Shown: positions 9,562 to 17,968, counted from the first letter of the stretch. The stretch is DNA of 62,993 nucleotides from an uncultured Methanosarcinales archaeon (GCA_964492935.1 CAZBLF010000003.1:1-62993), one strand, 5' to 3'. Translations and numbers: made by a program. Notes: generated from the sequence alone by a model not told the origin.

Positions 9562-9727
9562 TGGGCCCGCGGAGATTTGAACTCCGGACCATAACCGGGA
9601 TGTTTCCATCCTCTCGATGTCTGCCAGCTGGTTTGCGGAAATTTACATTTCCGGATTCCCATTGGGATATCAGTGTTGCTTTCCTTTTTGGGGAATCGAG
9701 CACTCCACCAGACTAAGCTACGGGCCC
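9562..9727 (-). tRNA. tRNA gene with two insertions (about 71 nt at the anticodon loop, about 21 nt in the variable region); isotype unresolved
   Basis: Minus strand: acceptor GGGCCCG/CGGGCCC with A73, D-arm GCTT-AGTCTGGTG-GAGT, anticodon stem CTCGA...TCGAG, T-arm CGGAG-TTCAAAT-CTCCG. 166 - 71 - 21 = 74 nt. The loop 5' side reads TTCCCC. A TTTTTAAA box lies 26-33 nt upstream (9753-9760). Confidence 0.8.
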
Positions 9728-9902
9728 ATAGTTGTTTAGAATCCAGAATTGGTTTAAAAACGTTGCGTTAATGGGTAACAGAGTTTTTCAATGCACTTGC
9801 CATCTGACCTTGTCTAGTCTGTGAGTGCTGAATTCTTCTTTATTAGGTGTTCTAGAGCTAAAATAGGGTTGCACTTGCCACTTGCCAGGTGCAGACGTAG
9901 AC

Positions 9903-9910
9903 TATTTAAA
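9903..9910 (+). promoter_or_regulatory. TATA-like box upstream of the hairpin leader and LAGLIDADG ORF
   Basis: TATTTAAA. It would place transcription start near 9935, about 120 nt before the ORF start. Confidence 0.35.
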
Positions 9911-9926
9911 TGAAGTTGATTTGATG

Positions 9927-10008
9927 AAAGAGGACGCGCAAAACTCCTAAATAATGATTTTCCGCTTTGTAGAAAATCAATTATGGAGTTTCGCTTATTG
10001 TCCTCTTT
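9927..10008 (+). other. 82-nt three-tier hairpin (possible 5' leader or small RNA)
   Basis: Nested complementary pairs: AAAGAGGAC (9927-35)/GTCCTCTTT (10000-08), AAACTCC (9941-47)/GGAGTTT (9985-91), GATTTTC (9956-62)/GAAAATC (9972-78). Confidence 0.6.
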
Positions 10009-10054
10009 ATTCCTTGGAAGAATTTCTTTTTTATGAAGAAAATCTTGAAAAGAG

Positions 10055-11137
10055 GTGATGTTGATGAGAAAATTTAGTAAGTCTTGGCGGAAGTCGAATC
10101 TTGAGAAGAAGACAAAGATTCTACAAGAAAGTTATGATCTTGATATTTTTGAGATAGAACGAATTAGAAAAATCACTGATCCAAAGAAGAAATTAGTTCA
10201 AGCTGCGACACTCCAATTTGAGTCTTTTGGTAATATTCACTCAGATATTACTTCCTGGATTGCAGGGTATCGGAGTGATAGTGTTGTAAGAGATTACTTT
10301 ACATCAACCTTGGCTTTGCGCAAATTAGTGATGCCTCCTCAAGAGAATTTTTCCGATATTGGCGTTAGTTGGAGAGATATTAGAAACAGGTTTAAGGTTC
10401 CCCGAAATATCAATGAAGATCTATCGGAAGAAATTGGGATCCATATCGGCGATGGAAATTTATCGGTGACTACTCATCGAGGATGGGATAGTTATGTTTA
10501 TCGGGTTGATGGTTGCCTTAGGGATGAATTCATTTACCACGACGATTTCATAAGAAAACTCATGAAAAGATTGTATAATTGTTCACCTTATTTGAGGCAG
10601 GTTGCTTATAGGAACTCTATCCAATCTTGTTACAGTTCCAAACTTATTGTTAAGTATAAGCATCAGGTACTTGGGCTCCCTTTTGGTTGTAAAAAGAAAA
10701 TTGAAATTCCGAAAGTAGTTTTCGATGACGATTCCTTTGCAATACGATGCCTCGTTGGGATTATGGACACTGATTTTACTTATTCTTCAAATCAATCCAT
10801 ACAAGGTGCATTAACTAGTTTAAGGGTAATCAAGCAAATGGGAAGCATTCTTGAAAGATTGAATGTGAGTTTCTCATCAAGAATATCTGATACTGTTGGT
10901 ACTATTAATATACATAAAAAAGATTCACTTGAAATTATTGAGGACTGGGATTTTCACAACCAGAAGCATGTTTCTAAACATTTTCTCTACATGGAAACGG
11001 GTAAGTCCTTTCCTTATACTTACACTGAAGAAAGAGTATGTGTTCTTGGGGGTACTATTGCAGTTGACGCATTGGAAAAAGTTAGTAATTATAGGAAGAA
11101 AGTGGCGTTGGAAAAAAGGAGCCAAGCCGTTACTTGA
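10055..11137 (+). CDS. Free-standing LAGLIDADG-type homing endonuclease-like protein
   Basis: 360 aa. Two LAGLIDADG-like motifs (EEIGIHIGDGNLS and RCLVGIMDTDFTY) are spaced about 100 aa apart. The gene lies between two intron-bearing tRNA genes on the opposite strand. Confidence 0.6.
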   Translation: MMLMRKFSKSWRKSNLEKKTKILQESYDLDIFEIERIRKITDPKKKLVQAATLQFESFGNIHSDITSWIAGYRSDSVVRDYFTSTLALRKLVMPPQENFSDIGVSWRDIRNRFKVPRNINEDLSEEIGIHIGDGNLSVTTHRGWDSYVYRVDGCLRDEFIYHDDFIRKLMKRLYNCSPYLRQVAYRNSIQSCYSSKLIVKYKHQVLGLPFGCKKKIEIPKVVFDDDSFAIRCLVGIMDTDFTYSSNQSIQGALTSLRVIKQMGSILERLNVSFSSRISDTVGTINIHKKDSLEIIEDWDFHNQKHVSKHFLYMETGKSFPYTYTEERVCVLGGTIAVDALEKVSNYRKKVALEKRSQAVT

Positions 11138-11150
11138 CTACCTGGCAAAA

Positions 11151-11239
11151 CGCCCTCGACCAGACTCGAACTGGCGACACCGAGATTTCTTCCCTATGAG
11201 GATAACAGTCTCGTGCTCTACCTGCTGAGCTACGAGGGC
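11151..11239 (-). tRNA. tRNA-Asn(GUU) with 16-nt canonical (37/38) intron
   Basis: Minus strand: GCCCTCG-TA-GCTC-AGCAGGTA-GAGC-A-CGAGA-CT GTT A-[TCCTCATAGGGAAGAA]-A-TCTCG-GTGTC-GCCAG-TTCGAGT-CTGGT-CGAGGGC-G73. A TTTTAAA box lies 25-33 nt upstream. Confidence 0.9.
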
Positions 11240-11264
11240 CTAGGTTCTGAGACTAAGATGTTGT

Positions 11265-11798
11265 TTAAAAGGTTTTCGTAAGAGCATCCTTGCGTTTTTT
11301 CTTATATCTGTAATAGGTGAAGCCGGCTATGGCTGCAAGAAGGAGGAGCCACCACCAGGACATTCTGTTTTCTGCAAATCGTTCCTCTACTAATGGTATT
11401 TCTAGGATTTTAAACTTTCTTGGATTGTAGATGACTACATGGGTAGCTTCATCGTAATAGGGAAAGACTAAGGCGAATTGTGTTTCATTCAGAATGACGC
11501 GACCTCCGGAGATTGTTTTGAAGGCAGGATCTGAAATTTCACGATATTCTTTGTCGGGGATTTCGAAGGTAAAGGTTGTTAACACGTCTCCGTCAATCGT
11601 TTGCAATTCTGCTACATATCCTGAATCGGGAGCAAGAACGTAATCTGGAGAGTGGCCGCACTTGATGATGCGGTCTTGATAGGTGAGTAATCCATTATTC
11701 CAATCGAGATCTACGATTAGTACTGAGCCTGTGTCGGCCACTGCAGATAGAGGGGTAGCTAGTAGGATTGCCATTAGGAGATAGTTTATTGTTTTCAT
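11265..11798 (-). CDS. Secreted protein with C-terminal membrane anchor, unknown function
   Basis: 177 aa. Signal-like N-terminus and a C-terminal TM (WWWLLLLAAIAGFTYY) followed by KKKRK. There is a 4-nt overlap with the upstream gene. Confidence 0.5.
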   Translation of the reverse strand: MKTINYLLMAILLATPLSAVADTGSVLIVDLDWNNGLLTYQDRIIKCGHSPDYVLAPDSGYVAELQTIDGDVLTTFTFEIPDKEYREISDPAFKTISGGRVILNETQFALVFPYYDEATHVVIYNPRKFKILEIPLVEERFAENRMSWWWLLLLAAIAGFTYYRYKKKRKDALTKTF

Positions 11799-12964
11799 GT
11801 GGATGCACCGTATTTTGATAGTCGTTGGCCGATGATCTGTTCGTTGAACGGTCCGAAGGAATCTTCATTTAAGGATCGCATCAGTGAATCTCGGGTTGGT
11901 CGATAAAAGGTGGAGAGCGAGCAGCCTTTGAAACAGCCAAGGTCTGAATCGGCTACCCATTTAGGGCAGGTATTCTTATCGCAATTGGGAAATGATACTG
12001 CGTTGAGACCGATGCTGGAATAGTATTTGTCGTCTACGTATTCATCTGCTAATCCACCTATAGAATGGCCGAGTTCGTGGAGTAGCACTTGGATATTGTC
12101 GGCGGTATTGAGTTTGATGACATTTCCGATGGAGCTAGAACGGACCGGTTTTAATGCATCTCTAATTTTGCTTCTGCTTACTAGCACGATGATTTGATCG
12201 TTAGGGCAGAAGGTTGCTAGCTTTTTTACCTCGAAATCATTGCAGGTGATGAAATTGTCGACTTCGCATTTCAGTTCATCCAGGCGATCGATGCGGTAGA
12301 TGTTTACTTTATCTTGATGTTGGTTGAAGGGTTCTGTTTCGAAAAGAGAATCTGATTGTCGTGCTACCTCTTTTGCAAATTCATTGAGATTGGTGTAGCC
12401 GGATGGCACAAAGACAATGTCTAGCTTGTCTTCGGTGCTTCCCGTGTATTTTACGGTGGTGCAATCGCTGCTTTTTTGGTTGACTTTGAAGGTGCTGATG
12501 CGTGATGTTTTTCCAGCATTGGTGAGGCTGAATCGGAGTCTGCCGGATTGGGTTACTAGACAGAGTGGATTTTCATTTTCTTCGATCTCGATGTTTTCTA
12601 AGCCTAGTGGTTCAAACTCTGAGTAGGGTGAAAAGAACAAATTTCTATCGGGATATTTTTCTAATTCGTCGTTGAGGAGGCAGGAGGTGTAGGGTGAGAG
12701 CGGTTTAGATTTATCCACGAAGCAGACGTGTTCGATTGTGGGGAAGAGCGCGACCACATGTTCTTCGATACTTCCAAATGATCTTGCGACTGAATTTTTG
12801 ACTAGCAGATTGAAATTAGATGCTATTTTTATTGTTTCGATGGTTTCGGTTGATTCGGTGACGTCTTGGATTGCGCTGAAACCGAAAATGAGAACTCCTA
12901 GTGCTATGATACTGATGAGTGCGTAGGTGAGTGGTTTCGCTTGAACCTGTCCGGTATTCGTCAT
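11795..12964 (-). CDS. Zinc metallopeptidase, M64 (IgA-peptidase-like) type
   Basis: 389 aa with an N-terminal TM. LLHELGHSIGGLADEY provides HExxH in the M64-like context. Confidence 0.65.
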   Translation of the reverse strand: MTNTGQVQAKPLTYALISIIALGVLIFGFSAIQDVTESTETIETIKIASNFNLLVKNSVARSFGSIEEHVVALFPTIEHVCFVDKSKPLSPYTSCLLNDELEKYPDRNLFFSPYSEFEPLGLENIEIEENENPLCLVTQSGRLRFSLTNAGKTSRISTFKVNQKSSDCTTVKYTGSTEDKLDIVFVPSGYTNLNEFAKEVARQSDSLFETEPFNQHQDKVNIYRIDRLDELKCEVDNFITCNDFEVKKLATFCPNDQIIVLVSRSKIRDALKPVRSSSIGNVIKLNTADNIQVLLHELGHSIGGLADEYVDDKYYSSIGLNAVSFPNCDKNTCPKWVADSDLGCFKGCSLSTFYRPTRDSLMRSLNEDSFGPFNEQIIGQRLSKYGAST

Positions 12965-13013
12965 TAGGTAGAATTTGGTTTCTGAAATATATAAATGTTA
13001 GTGGTTTGCTTGG

Positions 13014-14501
13014 TTATTTGGTGTTCTCAATTTGTTCTCCCACCAAACTTCTGAGCATATGTCCGGTTATTTTGATGTTATAGAATTTCTTTAGGGGTAG
13101 ACGTTCTTTGACGCCTACGATTAGAGGATAGGTTCCGAATTGTCTTAGGAAGGTGGTTTTGCCGTCATAGATTTCTGCATAGCAGTTGTTCATGACGGTT
13201 CCTTCTGGTGCGATACGCTTGAGCATGGGGTTGTCGATGTTTTGTCGGATGTCGTTGCGCCATTTCCAATAGTATTTTTTATTTTTCCTTATAAATTTCT
13301 CTTTGGTTTCAAACATTTTAGTTCCTTCGAAGATTGCGGCTTGGCGAATGTTGATTCTTCTTAATAATAATCCTTCGTCGTAAATCTTTTTGAGCCACTT
13401 CATATTTTCTTTGTGGGTGTTTTTGGATTCGTCTTTCAATCCGAATATAATGTTGATACCGGGGATGAATTTTGGTAATCCGTCTTCACCGCGTTCTGCC
13501 CCGTATTTGTTGATTATTTTTATGGCTTCAAATCCTATGTTGGGGATGGTGTTTAAGGTGTTAGATCGAACAACCTTGAGATCGAAGCTTTCTATTCCGA
13601 ATGCAGCTATATTGCCGGAGGTGCAGTATTTTACTATGGCTTTTGTTATTCTATCGTCATTCTTTCTGTGGTCTTGCATTACTTTCACGGGATTCACGTT
13701 ATCGATATGGAGTACCTTGAGGCCTTTACAGGATGCTCTTATCTCTTTTAGTAGCTCTGGTGCTTTTGGGAGGGTATAGAAGCAGGTTTGTTTGCCTAGA
13801 CGGAAGTAGCGTGCTCCGAGTTTGTAGAGCGTCTTGATTTCGTCTAGAATATCTTTGTTGTCGCGGAATTCTACTTTGTTTTTGAGGGGTTCTGTGCAAA
13901 AACTGCACCTTCCGATGTCGCACCCCTTTCCTGTTTCTATCTCGATCATTCTGATGTCGGGAATTTGTTTTAGGATACTTGCTCCAGAGATTGCGTAGGT
14001 TGCTGTTTTATCATAGGGAAATGAGTATAATGTGGAGTCTACTTTTTGGAAGACTTCTGGATCTACTTTTTCTGTGAGTTTGCCGCCGTGCAGTTGCGTT
14101 CCGAAAATGGCTGGGCCGGTGAGGATTTTCTCTGCGTTAATGTCTTTGATTAATTTGGTAACTTCGTTGAGGGTGCCTGGCATCGCACTCAGGTATTTTC
14201 CGGGGACGTGGACGCCTAAGATTACGATGAGGGTTGTTGTTTCTTCTAGAATTTCTTTGATGTTTTTAGCGTTCTTTGTGAGATTGTAGGTGAAGATGTC
14301 TGACTTTTGTTTTACTGTAGGGATTTTTACTTTGCTATCGTAATTTTTGTAGAATCTGAGGTCATCGATGGTGAGGTAGGTTGCCGTTTCGTTTTTTTCT
14401 TCTTTGAGATAGCCGGCAACATATCTAGGATAGGTTCCAAGATAGGGAGGGACGCCTAATCCAGCTGCCTCATCGGTGTAGCAATCGAGGATGGTGTACA
14501 T
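13014..14501 (-). CDS. Radical-SAM-like Fe-S protein
   Basis: 495 aa. The cysteine cluster GKGCDIGRCSFC is Cx4Cx2C, which is not the canonical Cx3Cx2C. The surrounding layout resembles a TIM barrel. Function is unknown. Confidence 0.55.
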   Translation of the reverse strand: MYTILDCYTDEAAGLGVPPYLGTYPRYVAGYLKEEKNETATYLTIDDLRFYKNYDSKVKIPTVKQKSDIFTYNLTKNAKNIKEILEETTTLIVILGVHVPGKYLSAMPGTLNEVTKLIKDINAEKILTGPAIFGTQLHGGKLTEKVDPEVFQKVDSTLYSFPYDKTATYAISGASILKQIPDIRMIEIETGKGCDIGRCSFCTEPLKNKVEFRDNKDILDEIKTLYKLGARYFRLGKQTCFYTLPKAPELLKEIRASCKGLKVLHIDNVNPVKVMQDHRKNDDRITKAIVKYCTSGNIAAFGIESFDLKVVRSNTLNTIPNIGFEAIKIINKYGAERGEDGLPKFIPGINIIFGLKDESKNTHKENMKWLKKIYDEGLLLRRINIRQAAIFEGTKMFETKEKFIRKNKKYYWKWRNDIRQNIDNPMLKRIAPEGTVMNNCYAEIYDGKTTFLRQFGTYPLIVGVKERLPLKKFYNIKITGHMLRSLVGEQIENTK

Positions 14502-14539
14502 GGATTAGCTAGATGGGATGTTGTTTAAAAAGATACTTG

Positions 14540-14710
14540 TCAGGCTATGTCCCAAGTCTCGCTTCGCTCGGATTAGCAGCTTCGAAATCTTGTTTCTGAT
14601 TTTTGAAGGCTGACATTTCCCGTAGGGACCACCCCTTTGTCAGCCCACTTCTGGATTTAACGGGATTTCGACTATAGGCTGCTAACCTTCACTTGAGGCA
14701 TAGCCTTTCT
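14540..14710. repeat. Family-A structured repeat, long variant (A1)
   Basis: Long imperfect hairpin. Pairs: AGGCTATG/CATAGCCT, TTAGCAGC/GCTGCTAA, TTCGAAATC/GATTTCGA, TGAAGGCTGACA/TGTCAGCC. Centre is CCCGTAGGGACCACCCC. It shares core motifs with A2-A4 and sits between the two divergent TATA boxes (14523-30 and 14722-29). Confidence 0.8.
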
Positions 14711-14750
14711 GTCAGGAACTTTTTTAAACCGTTACTCGCTAGCTTGCATT

Positions 14751-15293
14751 ATGAATGTGCTTTTGGTGGTGGGATCAGTCATTTACTTCATGTTGCCGGC
14801 TTATTTTGCTAATATGGCCCCCATTATCGTGAAGAATAGGTTTAGTTTTCTAGCAGTTCCGATTGATGGGGGGAAGAAGATTGGAGGTAAACCGATATTG
14901 GGTCCTCATAAGACATGGAGAGGCTTTATTTTTGCTGTTTTGTTTGGTGTTATTGTGGCATACCTTCAACACCTGCTTTCTGATGGAGTTTTTTCTTCGC
15001 TGGCTATTGTGAGTTATGATTCATGGTTGACGTTAGGGATTTTACTTGGATCAGGTGCTATTATCGGAGATCTGGTGGAGAGTTTCTTCAAGCGACGAAG
15101 TAATGTAGGTTCGGGAAAGCCCTGGATTCCTTGGGATCAACTTGATTTTGTTATCGGTGGATTGGTGTTTGCGGCATTGGTGGTTGACTTTTCGTGGGTG
15201 TTCGTTGTTTCTGTTATCGTCGTGAGTTTTGTTTTGGATATTGTTGTTAATCACGTTGCGTACTTCTTTAAGATTCGAGGTGAGCGATGGTAG
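14751..15293 (+). CDS. carS: CDP-archaeol synthase
   Basis: 180 aa polytopic membrane protein. LPAYFANMAPI and GPHKTWRGF motifs are typical of the CarS (DUF46) family. It is first in a three-gene overlapping lipid head-group cluster. Confidence 0.75.
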   Translation: MNVLLVVGSVIYFMLPAYFANMAPIIVKNRFSFLAVPIDGGKKIGGKPILGPHKTWRGFIFAVLFGVIVAYLQHLLSDGVFSSLAIVSYDSWLTLGILLGSGAIIGDLVESFFKRRSNVGSGKPWIPWDQLDFVIGGLVFAALVVDFSWVFVVSVIVVSFVLDIVVNHVAYFFKIRGERW

Positions 15294-15907
15294 GCGTCGT
15301 AGTAAGTGGCATTCGTATTGCGGTTTCGCTTATTTTGGCGTGGATTGTGTTTTATCGTTTTGTTTTTTTGAGGAATCCACATAGGGTTATTCCTTCTGGA
15401 AAATCGGTTGTGAGTCCAGCTGATGGGAGAGTTATTCGAGTTGTGCGGTTAACGGGCAAAAGTGGATTCATTCGTAAGGGGAAATTTGGCAAGGTTCCTA
15501 TCGATACAAAGGCTTTTCTAGGCGGTACGCTTGTTTCTGTGTTTATGTCTCCGTTTAATGTGCATTACTATAGGGCTCCGCTTGCCGGTACGGTTAAGGA
15601 GGTTGTTCATCGGAATGGTACTTTTTTTAATGCAAGTGACTTGCAAAAGAGTTTACGCAATGAACATACACAGATTAGCTTGAATAGTAAACAGGGTACT
15701 ATTATTGTTATTCCCATTGCAGGTTTTCTTGCTCGTAGAATTAATTGTTTTGTGAAGAAAAAGCAGAGTGTTGAAAAAGGAGAGCGTCTTGGTTTAATCT
15801 CGATGGGGAGTCAGACTACGGTGTTATTTCCTAAATCAGTTTCTGTAACGGTTGCGGTTGGAGATCGCGTTAACGCAGGGAGTAGCGTTATCGGAAGTGT
15901 GCAATGA
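15287..15907 (+). CDS. psd: Phosphatidyl(archaetidyl)serine decarboxylase proenzyme
   Basis: 206 aa. FMSPFNVHYYRAPLAGTV and a C-terminal GS self-cleavage-type site (ISMGSQTTV). Overlaps carS by 7 nt. Confidence 0.75.
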   Translation: MVGVVVSGIRIAVSLILAWIVFYRFVFLRNPHRVIPSGKSVVSPADGRVIRVVRLTGKSGFIRKGKFGKVPIDTKAFLGGTLVSVFMSPFNVHYYRAPLAGTVKEVVHRNGTFFNASDLQKSLRNEHTQISLNSKQGTIIVIPIAGFLARRINCFVKKKQSVEKGERLGLISMGSQTTVLFPKSVSVTVAVGDRVNAGSSVIGSVQ

Positions 15908-16932
15908 AGCGTCAGGTCTCTTTGTTAATTTTGTTGAGAATTTTCTTAGCTTTTGTTATTTTAATTCCGCTTATTACGAAGCAATGGGATATCGCTTTCT
16001 TTATGTTTTTGTTTACTATCGCTATTGCTTTTCTAGATGGGTTTCTTGCGAAGCGTATGAAAAAGGTTTCACAGTTTCGCTCTATCTTTGATCCATTTGC
16101 CGATAAGATGTTGATTCTGGTAGTTGCAGGGATGTTTTGGTACCAGGGTGCATTTCCGTTGATTGCTTTTTCGATCTATCTTGGAAAGGAGTTGATTTTT
16201 TTACTTGCTGGAGCAATTATCTTGATTCGTAAACCCAAAGTTATTTTTCGATCCAATATCTTCGATAAGACGTGTAGTTTTGTTCAGTTTTTAGTACTCG
16301 TTATGATCTTTTTGGGATTGCCGGATGTTCGTTTATTTGTTATCTCTTTGTTTTTTATTTTGGTGTCTCTCGTGGTTGCTGCTTTTCGTTCAGGTATCAA
16401 GGTTGTAGAGAGAGATGCTGATTTTGATGACATTAAGTTTAGAAATATCTTGAAGCTTCCTGATTATATTACCTTATTGAATATCCTTATGGGATTAATT
16501 TCTATCCTCTTTGCGTCGAGTGATGAGTTCTTTTTGGCGAGTGTTTTTTTGGTGTTGGCGGTGGTGTTTGACTACTTAGATGGTAAGGTTGCTCGATGGC
16601 AGGGTTTGGAAAGAGATTTTGGGAAGCAGCTGGATTCGCTAGCAGATACGATTAGCTTTGGGGTTGCACCGGCGATCTTTGGCTATTCGTTGATACAGAC
16701 GCCTTTGGCGAAAATTATCTTTGCTCTGTTTATTTTTGCTGGTGTGTTGAGACTTGCTAGATATAACATTATGGAGTTTACAGGCGAATTTGCAGGGATG
16801 CCGATCACGTTGAATGGTGTTGTGGTTCCTCTGTTATTTTTTATGGGAGTTCCGGTTCTGTATTATCCGTACGTGTTTTTGTTTTTGGCCCTTGCTATGA
16901 TTTCTCCTCTTAAAATTAAAAAGATGTTTTGA
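15904..16932 (+). CDS. Fusion of two CDP-alcohol phosphatidyltransferase domains (archaetidylserine synthase-like plus a second transferase)
   Basis: 342 aa. Two copies of the DGx2A[RK]x8[GR]x3Dx3D signature: DGFLAKRMKKVSQFRSIFDPFAD and DGKVARWQGLERDFGKQLDSLAD. Overlaps psd by 4 nt. Confidence 0.75.
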   Translation: MKRQVSLLILLRIFLAFVILIPLITKQWDIAFFMFLFTIAIAFLDGFLAKRMKKVSQFRSIFDPFADKMLILVVAGMFWYQGAFPLIAFSIYLGKELIFLLAGAIILIRKPKVIFRSNIFDKTCSFVQFLVLVMIFLGLPDVRLFVISLFFILVSLVVAAFRSGIKVVERDADFDDIKFRNILKLPDYITLLNILMGLISILFASSDEFFLASVFLVLAVVFDYLDGKVARWQGLERDFGKQLDSLADTISFGVAPAIFGYSLIQTPLAKIIFALFIFAGVLRLARYNIMEFTGEFAGMPITLNGVVVPLLFFMGVPVLYYPYVFLFLALAMISPLKIKKMF

Positions 16933-16972
16933 TGTTTGCTCAAGGGCTAGTCCGTTTGTTGATTTCTCTTCC

Positions 16973-17434
16973 TTATTGTGGGAATAGTGTTGTTGTATAG
17001 AAAATAATGAGAGTCACTCCAAGAAATAACGATCCTAGGGTGCTGTAATTTATTCTTGATTTCTTTTTCATCATGCTTCCTGTAGGCAATCCGTAGAGGA
17101 AGATGAGGGATGCGGTTATTGCTAGGGTGTTGATGTTTTGTGCTGCGATTCCCAGAGCTAGTCCGAAGAGAGCGTATTGGTAGTTGAGTGTTTCTTTCTT
17201 GGTTTTGTGGAGGATTGTCCAGATTGTTAGATAGACGATTGTTGTTATGGCTGCAAGGGTGGTTGCTTGTAAGAGTAATGAGAGAGGTACTGCTATGGCT
17301 AGGAGGAGTTGCATCTTTTGGAAGTATGGTTTTCCAGGCGTCATTTCCTCTTTTGCGATTTTGGCTAGAAGGGTTCCTAGAAAGAGTGCGGAATAGGAAA
17401 TTGTGGCAATGAGGATTATTTGGAGAAGATTCAT
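16973..17434 (-). CDS. Polytopic membrane protein, unknown function
   Basis: 153 aa with 4-5 hydrophobic helices. 4-nt overlap with rpiB. Confidence 0.5.
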   Translation of the reverse strand: MNLLQIILIATISYSALFLGTLLAKIAKEEMTPGKPYFQKMQLLLAIAVPLSLLLQATTLAAITTIVYLTIWTILHKTKKETLNYQYALFGLALGIAAQNINTLAITASLIFLYGLPTGSMMKKKSRINYSTLGSLFLGVTLIIFYTTTLFPQ

Positions 17435-17898
17435 TTGTCTAGTTTAGCTATTCTTCTTTTGTGGCGCTCTTCGTTGCTGAATGAGGTGGAGAGCCAGAGT
17501 TTTACTGCCTTTTTTGCTTCTTTCTCATCGATGAAGCGAGCGCCTAGAGAGAGGATGTTGGCATTGTTGTGTTTTTTGGAGAGTAGGATGATGTCGTTGG
17601 AGCCGCCATAGTAGGCTGTGGCGCGTGCACCTTTGATGCGATTTGCAGTCATTGCCTCGCCTTCGCCACTACCCCCGAGGATGATTCCTTTTAGAGTGTG
17701 GTCGCGAGCTACTTTTTTCGCTACCGGAAAGATGAAATCGGGGTAGTCACAGGCTTTTGAAGAATGAGTGCCGAGATCTTCAGTTTCGTGGCCAAGTGAT
17801 TCGACGAAGATTTTGAGTGCTTCCTTAAGCTTAAATCCTGCATGATCGGTACCGAAGATGATTTTTGGCTTGGGCATAGCTTTTTTCTTAAGATACAT
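17431..17898 (-). CDS. rpiB: Ribose-5-phosphate isomerase B
   Basis: 155 aa. IIFGTDHAGFKLKE and GIILGGSGEGEAMTANR are RpiB/LacAB motifs. The internal Met at 17877 (MPKPKIIFG) is an alternative start. Confidence 0.85.
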   Translation of the reverse strand: MYLKKKAMPKPKIIFGTDHAGFKLKEALKIFVESLGHETEDLGTHSSKACDYPDFIFPVAKKVARDHTLKGIILGGSGEGEAMTANRIKGARATAYYGGSNDIILLSKKHNNANILSLGARFIDEKEAKKAVKLWLSTSFSNEERHKRRIAKLDK

Positions 17899-17968
17899 TT
17901 ATAAATAACTTGCGTTTTCTCATAGTTAACCGATAGCACTACTGCAAGCGATGTGGTAGGAGGGAAAT

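Noticed and set aside
9450-9716. ORFs 9450-9662 (-) and 9507-9716 (+)
   Set aside because: They overlap the 166-nt tRNA gene, and their reading frames run through tRNA stems.
9921-10008. C/D-box sRNA, because of the UGAUGA at 9922-9927
   Set aside because: No CUGA D box or D'/C' pair lies at the appropriate distance. The region is instead a long perfect hairpin.
10896-11228. 110-aa ORF overlapping the LAGLIDADG gene end and tRNA-Asn
   Set aside because: It is an alternative frame of a better-supported gene, and its 3' part is the tRNA-Asn complement.
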